From the NCBI GenBank assembly GCA_002269645.1, contig NIVC01002495.1:1-64000 (forward strand): a stretch of 64,000 bases of DNA, given 5' to 3'. The position numbers and the translations under genes are program-made. The DNA comes from Macrostomum lignano (taxonomy: Eukaryota). Of the stretch, positions 60,562 to 64,000 are shown piece after piece (the first letter of the stretch is position 1; each line of letters begins with the position of its first letter). A model generated the notes under the pieces. It did not search any database. It had not been told where the DNA came from and saw only the letters and a list, made by a program, of their open reading frames with translations.

Positions 60562-61290
60562 CAGGGGTCGGCAACTCCTGCCCGCAAAGCCTCTGTATCC
60601 GGCCCTCGGGTCCTTTGAAACTTCACAATAGCTCAATGTTCATATAGCTTCTCAGCGTTCTTCTCTCTAATCTCCTCTCCTCTCTCCTCCCTCTCCCCTC
60701 CTCTCCTCTCTTCTATTCTCTTTCTCCTCTCTCCTCTCCTTTCTCTCCTCTCCTCTCTCCTCTCCTCTCTTCTTTTCTCTCCTCTCTCTCCTCTCTTCTC
60801 TCTCCTCTCTCTCCTCTCTTCTCTCTCCTCTCTCCTCTCTTCTCTCTCCTCTCTTTCCTCTCTTCTCTCTCCTCTCTCTCCTCTCTTCTCTCTCCTCTCT
60901 CCTCTCTTCGCTCTCCTCTCTTCTCTCTCCTCTCTCCTCTCTCGCCTCCCCTCTCCTCGCCTCCCCTCTCCTCTCTCTCTCCTCTCTCCTCTCCTCTCCT
61001 CTCATCTCCTCTCCTCTATTCTCTCCTCCTCTCTACTCTCCCCTTTCTCCTCCCCTCTCCTCTCTCTCTCCTATCTCTCCTCTCCTGTCCTCTCCTCTCC
61101 TCTCCTCTCTCATCTTCTCTCTTCTCCTTTATCATCTTCCTTCTTCTCTCTCTTCTCTATTTCTCCTCTTTCTCTTCTCTTCTCTTCTCTCCTCTTCTCT
61201 ATTCCCTCTCCTCTCTCCCCTTCTCCAGCCCGGAGTCATGCTCTAGATTCTCTATCTAGCCCTCGAGGTAAAAAACTTTGCCGACCCCTG
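60562..61290. mobile_element. hAT (Charlie-like) MITE with a ~570-bp CT tract
   Basis: Perfect 13-bp TIR CAGGGGTCGGCAA / TTGCCGACCCCTG; right flank TTCTAAGC; GTCTAGGC lies 4 nt left of the left TIR (6/8 match); CT tract at 60660-61225. Confidence 0.8.
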
Positions 61291-61931
61291 TTCTAAGCAA
61301 ATAACTCCCGTTTGATGCAGCCAATTTCGATAATCTCAGTTTCATTTTAAAGCTGATTAAAGTCTGCACAACAGGCTTGAATAGCAAAAACATTCAAGAT
61401 GGCAGTTTTTGTATTAGTACTCTGTAAACTTTGAAAATTAGCAGATTTCATCTCTCAATGCTTTCATGATTCATTCAACTAGAATTGATTCCTACCAAGC
61501 ACACTTTTGTTAAAATAGGAATATTTTAACTGTGGAGAGTTCGTTCCTAAAAGTAGCCAACACAAGCTGGAGAAAGACACTACAATGTCATATCGGAAAT
61601 TTTTTCTATATACCAGTACATGTAGTATAGAAAATTCTGTGCAATTCGCACATGCAGACGGAAGCCGGTTTATGCGACACACACACACAGTAAAGGAACC
61701 AGTTCTTCTTCTTTGACTTATCTCCGCTGCCCTAGTGTAGTAAGACCGTTCTTCCCTTAACTATCGAGTGCACAGCTATAGACTCCAGTTTGTACAATGC
61801 TGTAGACAAATTTATAGCAGTTGAATTCACGCGCCCGCATAGATTGGGAGATGGGACACACTATTGATTAAAAATCCGCCCCTCACCAATCTAACAGCAC
61901 AAATTAATCCGCGGCATTCTCACAGATCAAA

Positions 61932-63167
61932 ATGTCAGCTGAAGATAAAAGCAACAAGCCGAGCGAGCTCAAGGAGGCCGAGGGCCTGCTGGAGCCCGAG
62001 ATGCAGGTTTTGCAGCAGACCAGGGCGCAGAGGTTCTGCAAATTCGTCAAGGACAACCTGTTTATGACTAGCACCATCGTCGGGGTGCTGCTGGGATTTA
62101 TCCTCGGCGTGGCGATTCGAGCGGCCACCGATCCCGAGGACAGGACTGCGCGGTTCATGCTCTGGCTCAGTGAGTCCGGCCTGTGTTGCACTTTTGACAG
62201 CTAATTATTTGAGCTCTAGTTGGGCAAGGCAATGTCAGTTTCACGTAAGCCAGGGGTGGGGAAAATGTCAGATAACAAGCGAATCAATGTCAGACAATGT
62301 CAGATACCAGGCGAAGCAAGATGTCAGGCATGTCAGTTACCGGGTAAAGCAAGATGTCAGACAATGTCAGATACCAGGTAAGGCAAGATGTCAGACGATG
62401 TCGGTGCGAATTCGCTCTGATCAGATGTCAGACAATAATTGCCAAGCTATGTCAGATACCAGGTAAAGAAAGATATCAGACAATGCCAGATACCATGGGT
62501 AAAGCAAGATGTCAGACAATGTCAGATACCATGGGTAAAGCAAGATGTCAGACAATGTCAGATACCAGGTAAAGAAAGATGTCAGACAATGTCAGATACC
62601 ATGGGTAAAGCAAGATGTCAGACGATGTCAGATACCATGGGTAAAGCAAGATGTCAGACAATGTCAGATACCATGGGTAAAGCAAGATGTCAGACGATGT
62701 CAGATACCAGGTAAAGCAAGATGTCAGACAATGTCAGATACCAGGTAAAGCAAGATGTCAGACAATGTCGGTGCGAATTCGCTCTGATCAGATGTCAGAC
62801 AATAATTACCAAGCTATGTCAGATACAATCTAGGACAATGTCAGGCAAATATTGAATGCTTGAAATCGCATCCCGTTCCAGACATGCCAGGTGACTTGTT
62901 TATCCGATTGCTGAAGCTGACAATCCTGCCACTCATCGCGGCCAATGTAGTTGTCGGTGAGCTCTCCTTGATTAAACGACTTTGAGTCTAAACTTTAGCC
63001 ATTGTAAAACTTTAATTGAATAATTGCCAACATCCATGCTGTAGTGTCGGCCAATTTGGATCCCAAAGTGAACGGCAAGATTAGCCTGGTGTCGTTTGGC
63101 TACATCATTGTGGCCAACGTGGGCTCCGCTCTGATTGGTTGCGTGACCGCCCTGCTTATTCAACCAG
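61932..63167 (+). CDS. SLC1 family (EAAT/ASCT-type) amino acid transporter, first three coding exons; continues beyond the window
   Basis: Exons 61932-62169, 62882-62956, 63045-63167: [16 protein letters not shown]...[19 protein letters not shown]...[13 protein letters not shown]...LLIQPG, the SLC1 TM1-TM3 signature. Confidence 0.9.
62285..62830. repeat. 34/36-bp minisatellite, SLC1 intron 1
   Basis: Unit ATGTCAGATACCAGGTAAAGCAAGATGTCAGACA; bracketed by a duplicated ~60-bp block at ~62397 and ~62766. Confidence 0.92.
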
Positions 63168-63202
63168 GTGAGACCATGATTATCAGCGGTGCCAAGACCG
63201 TA

Positions 63203-63558
<356 letters not shown>

Positions 63559-64000
63559 CCAAGCACTTTGTAGAGAAATTCGACCCTTTTAGAAGATTTC
63601 ACAAATTTTAAGTACTGCATGAATGCCTTTGATACCAACTGACCGTCTTTTCCACTTAGGCTTCATTTGTTATTCCGCACTGTGGAATTTACCTAACCCT
63701 AGCCATAAGGGTTATTGAGATTCCGTTTTAAAAATTGTGGCCGTTTCCATCAAGCGATCCGTGTTTTACATGCAGCCAGAATTACCTTTCCAAACGCAAT
63801 TAGCAAAACTTGTCACAACACGCACCTGGGCGTCTGAATTTAAACCGATAAAATTTCTTCAATATCCATCAGCTTCTTAGCACCTTTCCAAGCTTCAACA
63901 TGCGAATGTCACCGGTTTTCGCTGCAAAATACCATTGCCATTGAAAGTTTTCGACGTTGTGAAATTTCGGTCTAGTTCTGAAATGGGGAATTTAGTTCTG

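Overview
Eukaryotic (animal) genomic DNA, very repeat-rich. The GC-rich short exons, the introns packed with minisatellites and the flatworm-style SLC1 N-terminus suggest a flatworm such as Macrostomum (inference). Four protein-coding genes lie on the + strand: an intronless TFG (14.1-15.2 kb), a 13-exon MFS transporter (28.4-34.8 kb, about 520 aa), a 14-exon divergent GABA-B-like class C GPCR (43.4-55.7 kb, about 745 aa) and the first three exons of an SLC1/EAAT transporter (from 61.9 kb, running off the window). I assembled exon structures by eye from GT-AG sites, and the phases close correctly. The rest is transposon debris and tandem repeats: a decayed hAT transposase, a dead DD34D mariner, a MULE-type foldback with a perfect 9-bp TSD, several hAT MITEs with 8-bp TSDs, two Ty3/Gypsy LTR elements (one Mag-like and internally deleted, one CsRn1-clade), two tRNA-derived SINEs and about 25 different satellites. 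Most long ORFs in the supplied track are artefacts of tandem repeats. There are no CRISPR arrays, rRNA genes or true tRNA genes. I found no clearly new multi-gene system. The best leads are the orphan GABA-B-like receptor, the inverted intronic arrays flanking one of its exons, the pattern of a private minisatellite in each intron, and the bacterial-type MFS transporter.
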